The notes under the pieces: generated by a model
What the model was told of the DNA's origin: nothing
What the model saw: only the letters and a program-made list of their open reading frames with translations
Databases searched by the model: none
Position numbers and translations under genes: made by a program
Assembly (NCBI GenBank): GCA_002417975.1
Contig: DIDE01000061.1
Location: forward strand, 828-64,827
Direction: 5' to 3'
DNA from: Eggerthellaceae bacterium UBA5808
Lineage (GTDB): Bacteria > Actinomycetota > Coriobacteriia > Coriobacteriales > Eggerthellaceae
DNA length: 64,000 nt
Part shown: one piece after another, positions 1 to 11,375 of the stretch
Layout: the number at the start of each line of letters is the position of its first letter
Numbering within the stretch: position 1 is the stretch's first letter

Positions 1-2315
1 TCATCATCAACAACCTTAGTTGCAGCTAAGAGACCCTTCTTATCAGTCATAGTGATAGTAAAGACACCTTGTCCACCACGATGATGAATTGGATATTTTC
101 CAATCGAAGTACGTTTGCCATAACCCTTCTCAGTAATAACAAACAGATCACTTTCAGGTGTTGCAACTGACATGTCTAGCACGTAAGCAGGTGCGGCTAA
201 CGTCATTCCTTTGACGCCCATAGTTCCACGTCCCATTGCACGGACTTCTTTTTCGTTCCATACAATTGCTTTACCGGCGTTGGATACCATGACAACATTA
301 TCGTTTGGTGCAACACGCTTGACCGAAATCAGACGGTCGTCATCACGAAGTTTAATAGCGATCAAACCATCACGACGAGTGCGGTCATAGAGTGCCATGG
401 AAGTCTTCTTAACCATTCCTTGCATGGTTGCAAAGATAAGATATTCATCATCCGGGAAGTCTTTTGTTGCAATAACCGCGCTGATTGTCTCTTTTTTCTC
501 AAGCGGAAGAAGGTTAACAATCGCCGTGCCACGCGCATGGCGTCCAGCTTCGGGGATTTCATACACTTTGAGTCGATATACCTTACCAAACGTACTAAAG
601 AAGAGCATATAGGCATGTGTGGAAGCAACGAAGAGATGCTCGACAAAGTCGTTATCTTTAAGATTGACCCCTTGCATTCCTTTGCCGCCACGTTTTTGCT
701 GACGATAAGTCGACACAGGCAGACGCTTAATATAGCCTGCTTTTGTCATCGTAACAACCATGTCTTCTTCAGCAATAAGATCTTCGACATCGATATCTTT
801 TGCCGCATGTGCCGTAATACGCGTACGACGAGGAGTATCAAATTTATCTTTAATCTCGCCCATCTCGGTCTTAATAATTTCTTTGACCATATTTTCGTCG
901 CTCAAAACCTTCTTAAAGTACTCGATCTTTTCTTCGAGTTCTTTGAGTTCATCAACGAGTTTGTCGTATTCGAGTCCAGTCAGACGACGCAGGCGCATTT
1001 CAAGGATTGCATTACTTTGAATCTCACTTAAGTTGAATGATTTCATCAACCTCTCGCGAGCTTCGGCATCATTTTTTGAAGAGCGAATAGTATGAATTAC
1101 TTCATCGATATTATCGAGGGCGATAATTAAACCACGGACAATATGTGCGCGCTCTTCAGCTTTTTGGAGGTCATACTTAGTACGACGAGTAATAACATCC
1201 TCTTGATGAATAATATAGTAATGAAGCATTTCTCGTAGAGACAACGTATGAGGAACATCGTTTACGAGAGCAAGCATATTAACGCCGAACGAAATTTGGA
1301 GTTGCGTATGCTTATAAAGTTTATTAAGCACAACTTGTGGAATGGCGTTTTGCTTAAGATCGATAATAATATCGATACCATGACGGTCAGCAGCATCATG
1401 AACATTAGAAATCTCAGGCAATTTCTTTTCGCGAATTAGTTCTGCGATTTTTTCCAACAGGCGCGTACGGTTAACCGTGTAAGGAATTTCCTTAACAACA
1501 ATACACTGACGACCATTCTTCTTTTCTTCGATGTTGCATTTTGCGCGGATCGTTAATGACCCACGACCAGTCTCGTAGGCATCGACTATTCCCTTTTTAC
1601 CCATAATCAAACCGCCAGTTGGGAAATCTGGCCCAGGAATAACCTGCATTAATTCTTCAGTGGTCACGTCAGGATTATCAAGCATGAGGCATGTTGCATC
1701 AATTGCCTCGCCAAGATTATGGGGAGGAATATTTGTTGCCATACCAACAGCAATACCCTGACTACCATTAACGAGCAAATTAGGGAAACGCGCCGGCAAA
1801 ACAGTTGGTTCCTGTAAGCTCTCGTCGTAGTTCGGCTGGAAATCAACCGTTTCCTTATCGAGGTCTCTTAATAATTCCATTGCTGGTTTATCAAGTCGAG
1901 CCTCGGTATAACGCATAGCAGCTGCGGAATCACCGTCGATGGAACCAAAGTTTCCGTGACCATCAACAAGCGGAACGCGCATACTAAATGGCTGTGCTAA
2001 GCGAACCATTGTTTCGTACACAGCTGAGTCACCATGAGGATGGTACTTACCAATAACGTCACCAACAGTACGTGCTGACTTAGAGTGTGGACGGTTTGGT
2101 GTAATACCACTGTCATACATCGCGTAAAGAATACGACGATGAACAGGTTTAAGACCATCTCGAACATCAGGAAGAGCACGAGAAACGATAACACTCATTG
2201 AATATTCAATGAATGAAGTCTTCATCTCGTGACCAAGATCCGAAGGAAGAACGCTTGCAGCGACTTCCTCCGTCTCTTGCTCTTCGTTTGGTTGTTTATT
2301 TTTATCGTCTGCCAC
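1..2315 (-). CDS. gyrA: DNA gyrase subunit A (N-terminal ~771 codons; 3' end lies beyond window start)
   Basis: Absent from the ORF track because there is no stop in the window. My minus-strand translation from GTG at 2315 (AAGGAG ~8 nt upstream) reads VADDKNKQ...[32 protein letters not shown]...[25 protein letters not shown]...[21 protein letters not shown], the canonical GyrA N-terminus. It lies directly downstream of gyrB. Confidence 0.93.
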   Translation of the reverse strand, partial: MADDKNKQPNEEQETEEVAASVLPSDLGHEMKTSFIEYSMSVIVSRALPDVRDGLKPVHRRILYAMYDSGITPNRPHSKSARTVGDVIGKYHPHGDSAVYETMVRLAQPFSMRVPLVDGHGNFGSIDGDSAAAMRYTEARLDKPAMELLRDLDKETVDFQPNYDESLQEPTVLPARFPNLLVNGSQGIAVGMATNIPPHNLGEAIDATCLMLDNPDVTTEELMQVIPGPDFPTGGLIMGKKGIVDAYETGRGSLTIRAKCNIEEKKNGRQCIVVKEIPYTVNRTRLLEKIAELIREKKLPEISNVHDAADRHGIDIIIDLKQNAIPQVVLNKLYKHTQLQISFGVNMLALVNDVPHTLSLREMLHYYIIHQEDVITRRTKYDLQKAEERAHIVRGLIIALDNIDEVIHTIRSSKNDAEARERLMKSFNLSEIQSNAILEMRLRRLTGLEYDKLVDELKELEEKIEYFKKVLSDENMVKEIIKTEMGEIKDKFDTPRRTRITAHAAKDIDVEDLIAEEDMVVTMTKAGYIKRLPVSTYRQQKRGGKGMQGVNLKDNDFVEHLFVASTHAYMLFFSTFGKVYRLKVYEIPEAGRHARGTAIVNLLPLEKKETISAVIATKDFPDDEYLIFATMQGMVKKTSMALYDRTRRDGLIAIKLRDDDRLISVKRVAPNDNVVMVSNAGKAIVWNEKEVRAMGRGTMGVKGMTLAAPAYVLDMSVATPESDLFVITEKGYGKRTSIGKYPIHHRGGQGVFTITMTDKKGLLAATKVVDD

Positions 2316-2423
2316 GGATAGCACTCCTTAATAATCCTGCATGCATTTCTTAGCGATTGCTTTTATAAGCGATCGTTTTGCCTTATTACCCACGTTGTAA
2401 CTAATCGGATAACAGGCATACTT

Positions 2424-4382
2424 TTAGATATCGAGGAAACGAGCGTCCTTCGCGTGTTTCTGGATGTATTCCTTACGAGGTTCAACTTGGCTCCCCATAA
2501 GATCACTTACCGCACGCTCTGCATCGGCGGCATCATCAATGGTTACTTGAAGCATAATACGCTGATCAGGCTCCATTGTTGTCGACCATAGCTGTTCTGG
2601 GTCCATTTCGCCCAAACCTTTATAACGCTGCACGTCATACTTTGTGCCATCAGGAATCTTTGCTGTTTCGCGAGCAAGCGCATCATCGTTATAAATGTAA
2701 CGAATTTTTTTCTTACCTTGTTTAAGGCCATACAGCGGTGGTTGCGCGATGTAGATATACCCACGATTAAGCAACTCTGGCATATAGCGATAGAAGAATG
2801 TAAGAAGCAAAATACGAATATGTGCGCCGTCGACATCAGCATCAGTCATGATAATAATTCGATGATAGCGCGCTTTTTCGGCATCAAAATCTTCACCAAT
2901 ATTTGTTCCGATTGCGGTAATAAGTGACGTAATTGTATCGGAAGATAGTGCGCGATTGCGACCAGCACGTTCAACATTAAGAATTTTCCCTCGTAGAGGA
3001 AGAATTGCCTGATACGTACGATCGCGTGCCTGCTTGGCGGAGCCGCCAGCGGAATCACCCTCAACAATGAAGATTTCGGAAGCAGACGCATCTTTACTAC
3101 TACAGTCAGCAAGCTTACCTGGTAGTGAGAATGATTCCATAACATTCTTACGACGAGTAAGATCACGAGCCTTACGCGCAGCTTCACGTGCGCGAAGAGC
3201 CTGAGATGCTTTATCGATAATTTTACGTGCAGGACGCGGATTTTCTTCGAGGTATTCGCCTAATCCTTGTGTAACTGCACCTGAAACAAGTTGGCGCATT
3301 TCGGAATTACCAAGTTTAGTCTTAGTCTGACCTTCAAACTGCGGATCATGAAGCTTAACGGAAATAATTGCAGCAAGGCCTTCACGGCAATCATCACCAG
3401 TAAGGTTTTTCTCCTTGTCTTTAAGGATGCCCTTCTGGCGTGCATAATCATTAATCGTGCGCGTTACCGCCTGTTTGAATCCTTCGAGGTGGGTACCGCC
3501 TTCTTGCGTATTAATATTATTTGCAAACGATAAAACTGAATTAGTTGAATAAGACTCAGTCCATTGCATCGCAATTTCAACTTCACCTTCGGGGCTTTCT
3601 GCCTCAAAGTAAATTGGCTTGCGAGTAATAGCTTCTTTTCCTTGGTTAAGGAATTTAACAAAGTCCTGAATACCACCAGAGTATTCAAATACTTCGCTAC
3701 GATCGTTACCATCTTCGTCTTTTTCGCGCTCGTCAGTAAGCGTAATTTTTAGATTTTTATTAAGAAATGCCATTTCACGGAAGCGATTAGCAAGAATACG
3801 ATATTCATACTCAGTTGTTTCAGTAAAAATCTCTGGGTCTGGCCAGAATGAAACCGTAGTTCCTGAACGCTTACACGACCCTATTTTCTTAAGCTTTTCT
3901 ACTGTTTTGCCGCGCGAAAACGCAATTTCATATTGGGATCCGTCTCGACACACCTGCACAATCATTTTTGTTGAAAGTGCATTAACAACAGAAACACCTA
4001 CACCATGAAGACCACCAGAAACTTTATAGCCTTCACCGCCAAATTTACCTCCGGCATGCAGAATTGTAAGAACAACTTCGACAGTCGGAATATGTTCCTT
4101 TGGATGTTTATCTACAGGAATACCGCGTCCATCATCTTGAACGGTGATGGAATTATCTTGATGGATCCAAACTTTAATATGTGAGCAATATCCAGCAAGT
4201 GCCTCATCAACCGAGTTATCAACAACCTCGTATACAAGATGATGAAGACCACGGGCACTTGTAGAACCAATATACATACCAGGTCTCTTGCGTACTGGCT
4301 CAAGTCCTTCGAGCACCTGAATATCATTACCGTTGTAATGGGTTGGTTTTGTTTCTGTCACGCTTTGCTCCTTTACCGACAT
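2424..4382 (-). CDS. gyrB: DNA gyrase subunit B
   Basis: 652-aa ORF with GHKL and TOPRIM signatures ([44 protein letters not shown]). Confidence 0.97.
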   Translation of the reverse strand: MSVKEQSVTETKPTHYNGNDIQVLEGLEPVRKRPGMYIGSTSARGLHHLVYEVVDNSVDEALAGYCSHIKVWIHQDNSITVQDDGRGIPVDKHPKEHIPTVEVVLTILHAGGKFGGEGYKVSGGLHGVGVSVVNALSTKMIVQVCRDGSQYEIAFSRGKTVEKLKKIGSCKRSGTTVSFWPDPEIFTETTEYEYRILANRFREMAFLNKNLKITLTDEREKDEDGNDRSEVFEYSGGIQDFVKFLNQGKEAITRKPIYFEAESPEGEVEIAMQWTESYSTNSVLSFANNINTQEGGTHLEGFKQAVTRTINDYARQKGILKDKEKNLTGDDCREGLAAIISVKLHDPQFEGQTKTKLGNSEMRQLVSGAVTQGLGEYLEENPRPARKIIDKASQALRAREAARKARDLTRRKNVMESFSLPGKLADCSSKDASASEIFIVEGDSAGGSAKQARDRTYQAILPLRGKILNVERAGRNRALSSDTITSLITAIGTNIGEDFDAEKARYHRIIIMTDADVDGAHIRILLLTFFYRYMPELLNRGYIYIAQPPLYGLKQGKKKIRYIYNDDALARETAKIPDGTKYDVQRYKGLGEMDPEQLWSTTMEPDQRIMLQVTIDDAADAERAVSDLMGSQVEPRKEYIQKHAKDARFLDI

Positions 4383-4528
4383 ACATAGCGTATGTGCTAA
4401 AAGCTTTTCTTCATGCAGTTATATTGTAAATTCTAGCATAAATGACGTTTAAGTGGATGAAACGTGGACGAAACATGCTATTAAAGACACCTACAAAGCG
4501 ATCTCAGCATCGATTAACATATAAAATG

Positions 4529-5050
4529 CTATTTTTTTCTTTCTTCGCCTTTTTTCCACTCTAGATTTGAAATCATTGCCTTCTTAAAATGTTTTCTCAA
4601 TGAGGGATCTGTAATTGTTGCGCAAACATCATCAACGTATGCAGATTCATCTAACGAAAGCGGCTGAGGCTCAGCTGATATGTGCTCAGTAGAAATAAGT
4701 GGAAGAAGTGGATGAAGATTTTTTTTCTTTCCGTGGGATATATGAATATAAAATTCGTCAATCGACTCATGGAATTTTTCTTCGAACTGAAGACGTAAAA
4801 GCTCGCGCCGAGCATTGAGCTCAGATGCGAAAATACTTTCATCTACATAGACATGAAATTCTTTACGTTGTTCTTTCGTAAAAAGATATACGCCGTTCGT
4901 ATGTTTCACAATAAGTGGATCGACTAACTCTATCCACTGCTGATATACCTCTTGTGTTCGTTTTTGTTTTAGATAACGATCTTGATCGAAACCAGGGATT
5001 TTTTTTAAAACATTAAGCGCATTACGTTGTAATGATTTCAAAAAATTCAC
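4529..5050 (-). CDS. DUF721/DciA-like small protein (recF-gyrB intergenic gene)
   Basis: 173-aa ORF in the conserved slot between recF and gyrB, where Actinomycetota carry a DUF721 gene. The sequence itself is only weakly recognisable to me. Confidence 0.5.
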   Translation of the reverse strand: MNFLKSLQRNALNVLKKIPGFDQDRYLKQKRTQEVYQQWIELVDPLIVKHTNGVYLFTKEQRKEFHVYVDESIFASELNARRELLRLQFEEKFHESIDEFYIHISHGKKKNLHPLLPLISTEHISAEPQPLSLDESAYVDDVCATITDPSLRKHFKKAMISNLEWKKGEERKK

Positions 5051-5085
5051 CTCTTAGTCTACGATCAAATCATTCATTAGCCTTT

Positions 5086-6306
5086 TTATGGTAAGTGTAT
5101 TATATCCGCTCGTTGAATAATTGATCGAGGAAAGTAATCGAGCGTTGTTGTTGTAATAAACGTCTGAATATCACGTGAAATATATTCCATAAGTGCCCCA
5201 CGATGATTTTCATCAAGTTCGCTCATAACATCATCGAGCAATAACACTGGTTTTTGGTGTAACTTACTCTGCATAATAGTGAGTTCACTCAACTTACACG
5301 CGAGAACGAGTGACCGTTGCTGCCCTTGACTCGCATAGTGCATTGCATCGTGACCATTGATCGTAAATAAAATTTGATCTACATGAGGACCAACACAGGA
5401 CCTTTTTCTTATTCTCTCTTCAGGTAATGAATCATTAATCGTATGTTGCAACTTTTCACGTATGTAGGAGAGATACGACTCTTTTTGTGATGCTGAAGGT
5501 AATGAGTTATGAACAAGATTATCGATTATATGGTCATGATTACTATGCAATTGTTCATCATTAATAGTTACATCCGACCCCACACCATACTTTACCCAAC
5601 CAGGTTGATACCACACCGATACTTTATCGTTAGTAGATGTAATTTCACGATATAACGTATTAAGTAATGATTGAATATTACCTAAAACAATGCAGCGAAA
5701 ATAAATGAGCTGTGCAGCAACACGAATAAATATGTCATTGATTGAGGCAATATAATCAGCTGAAACCTCATCTTTTAGTGCTTGGTTCTTTTGCTTAAGA
5801 ACTGTTACGTAATCTTTTTTTACTGCATCAAAATTTTTTGAAAGTTGAATAGCAAATGAATCAAGAGTGTCACGACGCACACCATTCGATCCTTTAATAA
5901 GATGAAGGTCATCTGGGCAGAAAACAACCGCTGGCAAAAGTCCGCGCAAATCATGAAGTGTTTTCTTTTTCCCATTAAGAGAATAACTACGCGAGCCTGA
6001 TTTAATTATCATCGAAAGATCAAGTGAGCGCGCAGCGCTCAATAAATGAGCCTGTACGCGCGCACTATTAGAATTCCAATGCACAACCTGATTCATCTGC
6101 GAACAACGAAATGAACGAAGTGCTGTAATAAGCTGGATGGCTTCGATAACACTTGTCTTGCCTACCGCATTAGGGCCAACAAAGATTGTTAGCCCAGATA
6201 TATTATTAAGTTGATAGCGTTCATAATTTCTAAAGTTTTGAAGTATGAGCGATGTAATACAAAGATCTTGATCTGATCCAGCTATATTATCTGCATTATT
6301 ACTCAT
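5086..6306 (-). CDS. recF: DNA replication/repair protein RecF
   Basis: 406 aa with Walker A GPNAVGKTSVIEA and Walker B/D-loop LLLDDVMSELD. Position dnaN-recF-gyrB. The exact start is uncertain. Confidence 0.9.
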   Translation of the reverse strand: MSNNADNIAGSDQDLCITSLILQNFRNYERYQLNNISGLTIFVGPNAVGKTSVIEAIQLITALRSFRCSQMNQVVHWNSNSARVQAHLLSAARSLDLSMIIKSGSRSYSLNGKKKTLHDLRGLLPAVVFCPDDLHLIKGSNGVRRDTLDSFAIQLSKNFDAVKKDYVTVLKQKNQALKDEVSADYIASINDIFIRVAAQLIYFRCIVLGNIQSLLNTLYREITSTNDKVSVWYQPGWVKYGVGSDVTINDEQLHSNHDHIIDNLVHNSLPSASQKESYLSYIREKLQHTINDSLPEERIRKRSCVGPHVDQILFTINGHDAMHYASQGQQRSLVLACKLSELTIMQSKLHQKPVLLLDDVMSELDENHRGALMEYISRDIQTFITTTTLDYFPRSIIQRADIIHLP

Positions 6307-6329
6307 ATATACGTACTAGCTTCATAGGT

Positions 6330-7427
6330 TTATGAGCATCTTACTGGCATCATAAGATAAAGATATGATCCATCATCTGCTGACTTTAAAATTCCTGGCT
6401 TCATTGGACCTTGTAATTCCAAATAAACTTCTTTTGAATCAATTGAAGTTAAACCGCTAATAACATAACCAAAATTGAACGCTATTTCTATGTCCTCGCC
6501 TTCAACTTTAGAAGCAATAGTTTCGGTAGCAGCACCAATATCCTGTGCGGCAGTCGAAAGCTGTGTTGTTTGAGACGCAGCGTTAATATCAAATCGTGCG
6601 GCTGCTGTTTTGTTGCTCATAATTGATGTGCGCTTCGTGGCATCAATAAGTTGCTGCGTATTAAACGTTGCACGAGTCGTATATGAATCTGGAATAAGCT
6701 GATTATATCGAGGATAGTTACCCTCAATACGACGATTGATAAAAGTTGTATTGCCGTAAGATATAACAATTTGATTATCAGAAAGTGCAAGAGAAACAGT
6801 ATCTGCCTGTCGATTCATTCCAGCTACATCCATTAAGAAAGAACCAGAAATTACTGCATTAAATGGTTCTTGCTCTTCTTCGAGCTGCTGGTCTGCAATA
6901 GCAAGTCTATAAGAGTCAGTTGCAACCATTCGCAGTGCCGTATCATGAACATCAATATAAATACCTGTTAATACTGCTCTTGATTCATCTTTTGATACTA
7001 CGTGGGCTACTTTTTTCACCATATAAGAGAAGGTATCAAAAGGAATCGTAAGCGTTTGTTCAGGAGTAATCTCTGGAAAGCCTGGAAAGTCTTGGTACGG
7101 CAAAACTTTAATCGAAAAAGATGCTGTATCACAAATAATGGTTGCACTCTCATCAGTTATATCAAGATGGACTGCCTCATTTGGAAGACTTTTAATAACA
7201 TCAGTAAGAAGTCTAGAAGGAATGACTGTTTCTCCCTCTTCTTCTATTAATGCACTTGCAGTGCAGCGAATAGATAGATCTAAATCTGTTGCTTCAAGTG
7301 TTAATGATTCTTCTTGAGCTTTGATATAAATACCAGAAAGTATAGGGAGCGTTGATTTTGTTGCTGCTCCTTTTGCTACTGTCGTTAATGCATTCAGGAA
7401 TTCTGATTGATTAATACTGAATTTCAC
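6330..7427 (-). CDS. dnaN: DNA polymerase III beta sliding clamp
   Basis: 365 aa, immediately downstream of dnaA. Typical clamp N-terminus (MKFSINQSEFLNAL...LPILSGIYI). Confidence 0.93.
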   Translation of the reverse strand: MKFSINQSEFLNALTTVAKGAATKSTLPILSGIYIKAQEESLTLEATDLDLSIRCTASALIEEEGETVIPSRLLTDVIKSLPNEAVHLDITDESATIICDTASFSIKVLPYQDFPGFPEITPEQTLTIPFDTFSYMVKKVAHVVSKDESRAVLTGIYIDVHDTALRMVATDSYRLAIADQQLEEEQEPFNAVISGSFLMDVAGMNRQADTVSLALSDNQIVISYGNTTFINRRIEGNYPRYNQLIPDSYTTRATFNTQQLIDATKRTSIMSNKTAAARFDINAASQTTQLSTAAQDIGAATETIASKVEGEDIEIAFNFGYVISGLTSIDSKEVYLELQGPMKPGILKSADDGSYLYLMMPVRCS

Positions 7428-7677
7428 GAAAGTTCCCTTCTTGGTGTTTTGTATACCCTATTGGTTCGTTTCTTTATATATATCTCTTTAATTTAATAGT
7501 AATAATAAGGTCGGTGGAAACGTTAATAACTTACATTTTGCCTGATTAACCATTATTTCTTTTGCTTTCACAACCGTTAATAATACGTTCCTTGTATCCA
7601 CAGCTTTTATTGACTTTATTATCTTTCCATACATTCCCTCGGTTATACACCTGTTTCCCTCAATCTTTCATCAACTT
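7428..7677. promoter_or_regulatory. dnaA-dnaN intergenic region: DnaA-box-like sites plus an AT-rich stretch (candidate second oriC module / DUE)
   Basis: GTATCCACA at 7594-7602 (8/9 to TTATCCACA), TTATACACC at 7643-7651 and GGTGGAAAC at 7513-7521. There is a very AT-rich run, tatatatatctctttaatttaatagtaataataa, around 7476-7508. Confidence 0.5.
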
Positions 7678-9213
7678 TTACTCATTAAGAATCATTTGAT
7701 GAAGGATCTCTATTTCCTCATTTATTTCTGTGCTTTCGCGCATCTTCTCTTCCACTGATTTTACTGAATACATAGCGGTTGAATGATCACGATTAAAAGC
7801 ATTACCAACACTATTAAAAGGTATGTCAATGAGCATACGACAAAGATATATTGCAATTTGACGCGCATGCGTTATGTTTGCATTGCGCTTACGGCCAATA
7901 AGTTCAGCATGCGAAACATTGTAGTAATTCTCACATGCTTTTTGTATATCTTCGATACTCAATCTTTTCATCGATCCACCCGAAAAATGATCAGCAAGAA
8001 GTTGGGTTACCTCTTGAATTGTTATATCGGGTCGATTATTACTGTGCATCTCAAAGATTACTTTAGTTACGGCGCTCTTTAACTCTCTTATATTTGAACT
8101 TGAATTTTCAGCGATATATTGTTGTACCTCATGCGGAATATCAAATGATGGTGTGTTGCTTGTTTCGCGATATTCCTTAATAAAGTTCCTAATAATACCA
8201 AGTTTAGTCTCGGGCTTAGGAGGTTGAATATCACAAGTTCCGCCTTGATTAAAACGACTTTTATATCGTTCTTCTATATCGATATTCTTTGGCGCACGAT
8301 CAGCTGATAAAACAACTTGTTTACCGGAATCAAGCATACGATTAAAAATCTGGAAGACCATATTGAGTGTTTCAGTTTTATTTTGTAGTCCTTGAACATC
8401 ATCAACGAGTAAGATATCAGCATTTTCATAGCGCTCTTTAAATGCGTTGTAAGCTTTTCCGCCACCTGCCATTGCTGCGCTTGTGTAATCATCAACAAGC
8501 TCCATAGTGTCGACATACACGGTGTGTAAATGAGCATAGTTTTTTAAAATATAATTTTGGATCGCACGTAATAGATGGGTTTTCCCTAATCCACTTTTAC
8601 CATAAATAAACAATGGATTTAACTCGTGGCGACCAGGTGTTTCTGCTACTGCTACAGCCATGGAATATGCCATTTTATTTGATGTTCCAACAACAAAATT
8701 ATCAAACGAATAATGGGAATTCATTGTGTTATCTAGTTGCGGCTGGCAGTCTTCATCTCTTATTACTTGAGGAGATTCTTGCTGCTGTGATCTTGCTATA
8801 TCGATTGAATGCACCGGCTCGGCTATTGCTACTGCGGGCGGTTGTACAGGAAGAGGTTTCTTATCTAATACCTGATTCTGTATAGGTGTAGGTTCTTCTT
8901 GACTATGTGTTTGCGTTGGCTGGCTTTGAGAAGTTTCTTGTGGAGCCTGCTGTGTTGGATCAACTTCAATTGCTACAGTAAAATCTACGCCGTAAATATC
9001 TTGGAGCGCGCGTTTTATTACGGTCATATAGTGAGACGATATCCAAGTTTTAATAAATTCTGTATCAGCAGTGAGCATAAGGAAGCCTTCGCTAAACGCC
9101 TGTGGATGAAGGCGAGAGAAGAATGCATCAATCTGTGAAACGTCGATATTCTCATAGCTTTTCGTACGTTTCCAGATGTTTTGCCATATCGCTTCGTATT
9201 TATCTTCTGACAT
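7678..9213 (-). CDS. dnaA: Chromosomal replication initiator DnaA
   Basis: 511 aa with AAA+ Walker A GKSGLGKTHLL, LLVDDVQ, and a C-terminal DnaA-box binding domain (ITHARQIAIYLCR...FNRDHSTAMYS). Has a long Q/P-rich domain II. Confidence 0.97.
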   Translation of the reverse strand: MSEDKYEAIWQNIWKRTKSYENIDVSQIDAFFSRLHPQAFSEGFLMLTADTEFIKTWISSHYMTVIKRALQDIYGVDFTVAIEVDPTQQAPQETSQSQPTQTHSQEEPTPIQNQVLDKKPLPVQPPAVAIAEPVHSIDIARSQQQESPQVIRDEDCQPQLDNTMNSHYSFDNFVVGTSNKMAYSMAVAVAETPGRHELNPLFIYGKSGLGKTHLLRAIQNYILKNYAHLHTVYVDTMELVDDYTSAAMAGGGKAYNAFKERYENADILLVDDVQGLQNKTETLNMVFQIFNRMLDSGKQVVLSADRAPKNIDIEERYKSRFNQGGTCDIQPPKPETKLGIIRNFIKEYRETSNTPSFDIPHEVQQYIAENSSSNIRELKSAVTKVIFEMHSNNRPDITIQEVTQLLADHFSGGSMKRLSIEDIQKACENYYNVSHAELIGRKRNANITHARQIAIYLCRMLIDIPFNSVGNAFNRDHSTAMYSVKSVEEKMRESTEINEEIEILHQMILNE

Positions 9214-9288
9214 TCAGAATAACTCCCAAACGAACTTACTGTTACTACGTGTTCACAGTGTATCAATAAAAGTAAATCTATGAGTGTA

Positions 9289-10080
9289 TTAGCGTTGAAT
9301 TTGCTTCGTAAGTTCTTTTGTTACTTTATGACCATAGTCAGTTAAAATCCGTTTTGAATGCGCTGTCCGCTGTATAAGATTTTCTTCTTCGAGTGTTTTA
9401 AGCGTGTTAAAGACAGTTGAATTACCTTTTCCGGTAAGCTCACATAAATCTGTTACACCTAACGCGCCTTCTGTTGAAAAGAGATGTAAAAACATCTTTT
9501 CGCGTCCATTAAGTGGAGGAAGAGGAATTGAGACACTAGGCTTTGGAGTCTGAGACGGTGTGTCGTTGAGTGAAATGGTAACGACTGCGCCGTTCTTTAA
9601 GTTATCTTCTATAGTGATATGACCATTACTTATATCTAAATACTCTTTTACCAGCGGCAATCCAGATCCAACGCCTCTAATGTAATGTTTCATAGGCTCG
9701 ATTGCTGATGTAAAACCTGGAAGTTGCGCCTTAGCCTTATTAGTAATACCTGGTCCTTGATCACAAAAACGTATAGTGTTTCCGTTGTCTAATATTGATA
9801 CAACAATTTCTGTGAACCGTGCATGAATAAAATTTTCTGAAACCTCTCGTATTGCAGAATAAGGTATTTTTCCACCCATTGCTGTTTTTTGTTCATTGAT
9901 GGTACTAGCTAATTTTTCTATAAACTCATCAGTTGGCGCCGGTTGAATCTCGATAACATGTGGTGCCATCTTTAAATCATCGTATATTGCTACGCGCGCA
10001 ACAGTATGAACATACGTGTAATCAAAAACATTTTCGGAGTTAGCCTGATTTGGCTGGTTATGTTCTTCCAGATCGTTCAA
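9289..10080 (-). CDS. GHKL (histidine-kinase-like) ATPase fused to a C-terminal winged-helix DNA-binding domain
   Basis: 263 aa with an N-box-like ENFIHA, G1 box DQGPGI and G2 box GVGSGLPL. The C-terminus (GVTDLCELTGKGNSTVFNTLKTLEEENLIQR) looks like a MarR/wHTH domain. Confidence 0.6.
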   Translation of the reverse strand: MNDLEEHNQPNQANSENVFDYTYVHTVARVAIYDDLKMAPHVIEIQPAPTDEFIEKLASTINEQKTAMGGKIPYSAIREVSENFIHARFTEIVVSILDNGNTIRFCDQGPGITNKAKAQLPGFTSAIEPMKHYIRGVGSGLPLVKEYLDISNGHITIEDNLKNGAVVTISLNDTPSQTPKPSVSIPLPPLNGREKMFLHLFSTEGALGVTDLCELTGKGNSTVFNTLKTLEEENLIQRTAHSKRILTDYGHKVTKELTKQIQR

Positions 10081-10700
10081 TGTTTTCTTTCTCTGAAAAT
10101 GTTCATTCCAAAAAATTCAGAACCATACATAAGTTTTCATTACTTTTATTGCTAATAACGTCTATTTAATCATAAATTCACTAGCATTTCGAAAATATTC
10201 AAAATTCAACGTATGAATTCATCGCTATTCATGAATGATTTTCAGAGTTTTCAACAATTTATTCATAAAATGTGGAAAACGGTGAATATAGGTAAAAAAC
10301 GGTTGTGAAAAATCAGTCTAAAAATAAAAAAATGTTGAAAATGCTATAAATTTAGGAACGTAATTAACTAATTGTCTCAATAGTTGGCAGCTATAAACGA
10401 AAAAGATTCTAAGCTATTCAGTGATACCTATGATTCCCTGTTATGACCAGGAGCAATAAATAAAACACCAGTTCACACATCAGATATGATACTTTGTAAG
10501 TGCTTTTATCCGAAAATATATTTTAAAAATTACCTTGATTTTTTCTTGACAAAATGTTCCTAGTAGAGATATTCACCATCGTTCACTCATGAATTGAAAG
10601 TTATCAACCTTTTCCACTTTCAATTGTTAAATAAAAAGTGGAAAACTCCCCTATTTATTCCTTGCTGCATGTTTGTTTACTTTAGTTTTATTGCGGCTTT
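10081..10700. promoter_or_regulatory. Candidate oriC module: AT-rich non-coding region with clustered DnaA-box-like 9-mers
   Basis: TTTTCAACA 10248-10256, TGTGGAAAA 10271-10279, TGTGAAAAA 10304-10312, TGTTGAAAA 10333-10341, TTATCCGAA 10506-10514, TTATCAACC 10601-10609. There is also an inverted pair, TTTTCCACT 10610-10618 / AGTGGAAAA 10637-10645. No ORFs; flanked by the dnaA side and rpmH. Confidence 0.6.
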
Positions 10701-10815
10701 ATAAAGTGACATATAAGACAACAATGTTGCCTAACTTAATCGTTGCGTATATCTATGTAAAATGCCTCCAGTTGTCTTCTTTGCGTGAGTAAACGATAAG
10801 AATACGCTCTTTGAA

Positions 10816-10844
10816 TTGACTTTATTCGCGTTGGTTCATATACT
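10816..10844 (+). promoter_or_regulatory. Sigma-70-type promoter candidate for the rpmH-rnpA operon
   Basis: TTGACT (10816-10821), a 17-nt spacer, then TATACT (10839-10844), about 38 nt upstream of the rpmH ATG. Confidence 0.5.
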
Positions 10845-10881
10845 TTTGAAGCTATTCTTAAAGACAGAAAAGGAAGTTAGT

Positions 10882-11016
10882 ATGAAGCGTACATATCAAC
10901 CTAACACTCGTAAGCGTGCAAAAACTCACGGCTTTCGTGCTCGTATGGCAACAAAAGGCGGACGTGCTGTTCTTTCAGCTCGTCGCGCAAAAGGCCGTAA
11001 GCATCTGTGTGCATAA
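10882..11016 (+). CDS. rpmH: 50S ribosomal protein L34
   Basis: [47 protein letters not shown] at 10882 follows an AAGGAAG RBS. The ORF-track start at 10816 is an upstream extension. Confidence 0.97.
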   Translation: MKRTYQPNTRKRAKTHGFRARMATKGGRAVLSARRAKGRKHLCA

Positions 11017-11020
11017 CTGA

Positions 11021-11365
11021 GTGATCGTGTTGGAAATTATTAAATCCAGCACTGAGATTTCAGATATATTCGCTCATGGAAAACGGTATCACAGTCCGTT
11101 TGTGACGCTTATCGTTCAGAAGCGACAAGGACAACACGACTGTAACGGTCGTGTTGCTTTTCTTGCGGGTAAAAGACTTGGGAATGCTGTATGGCGTAAC
11201 CAAGCGAAACGCCGTATGAGGGCAATATGTCAGTCACTCAGTGGTCCATGGGACGGATATAACGTGATATTTCTTGCAAAACGATCTACGACACGTGTAC
11301 CTTATAGTAAAGTCTTACACGCAAGTGAAGGTTTAATTAGACAGATAATGCCGGATAGTAAGTGA
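11021..11365 (+). CDS. rnpA: Ribonuclease P protein component
   Basis: 114 aa, basic, immediately after rpmH. GKRLGNAVWRNQAKRRMR is the typical RnpA RNR-like motif. Confidence 0.88.
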   Translation: MIVLEIIKSSTEISDIFAHGKRYHSPFVTLIVQKRQGQHDCNGRVAFLAGKRLGNAVWRNQAKRRMRAICQSLSGPWDGYNVIFLAKRSTTRVPYSKVLHASEGLIRQIMPDSK

Positions 11366-11375
11366 GTACGAAGAA

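Noticed and set aside
420-1031. 203-aa plus-strand ORF, plus other small ORFs within 362-2194
   Set aside because: They are antisense or out of frame to the unambiguous gyrA reading frame on the minus strand.
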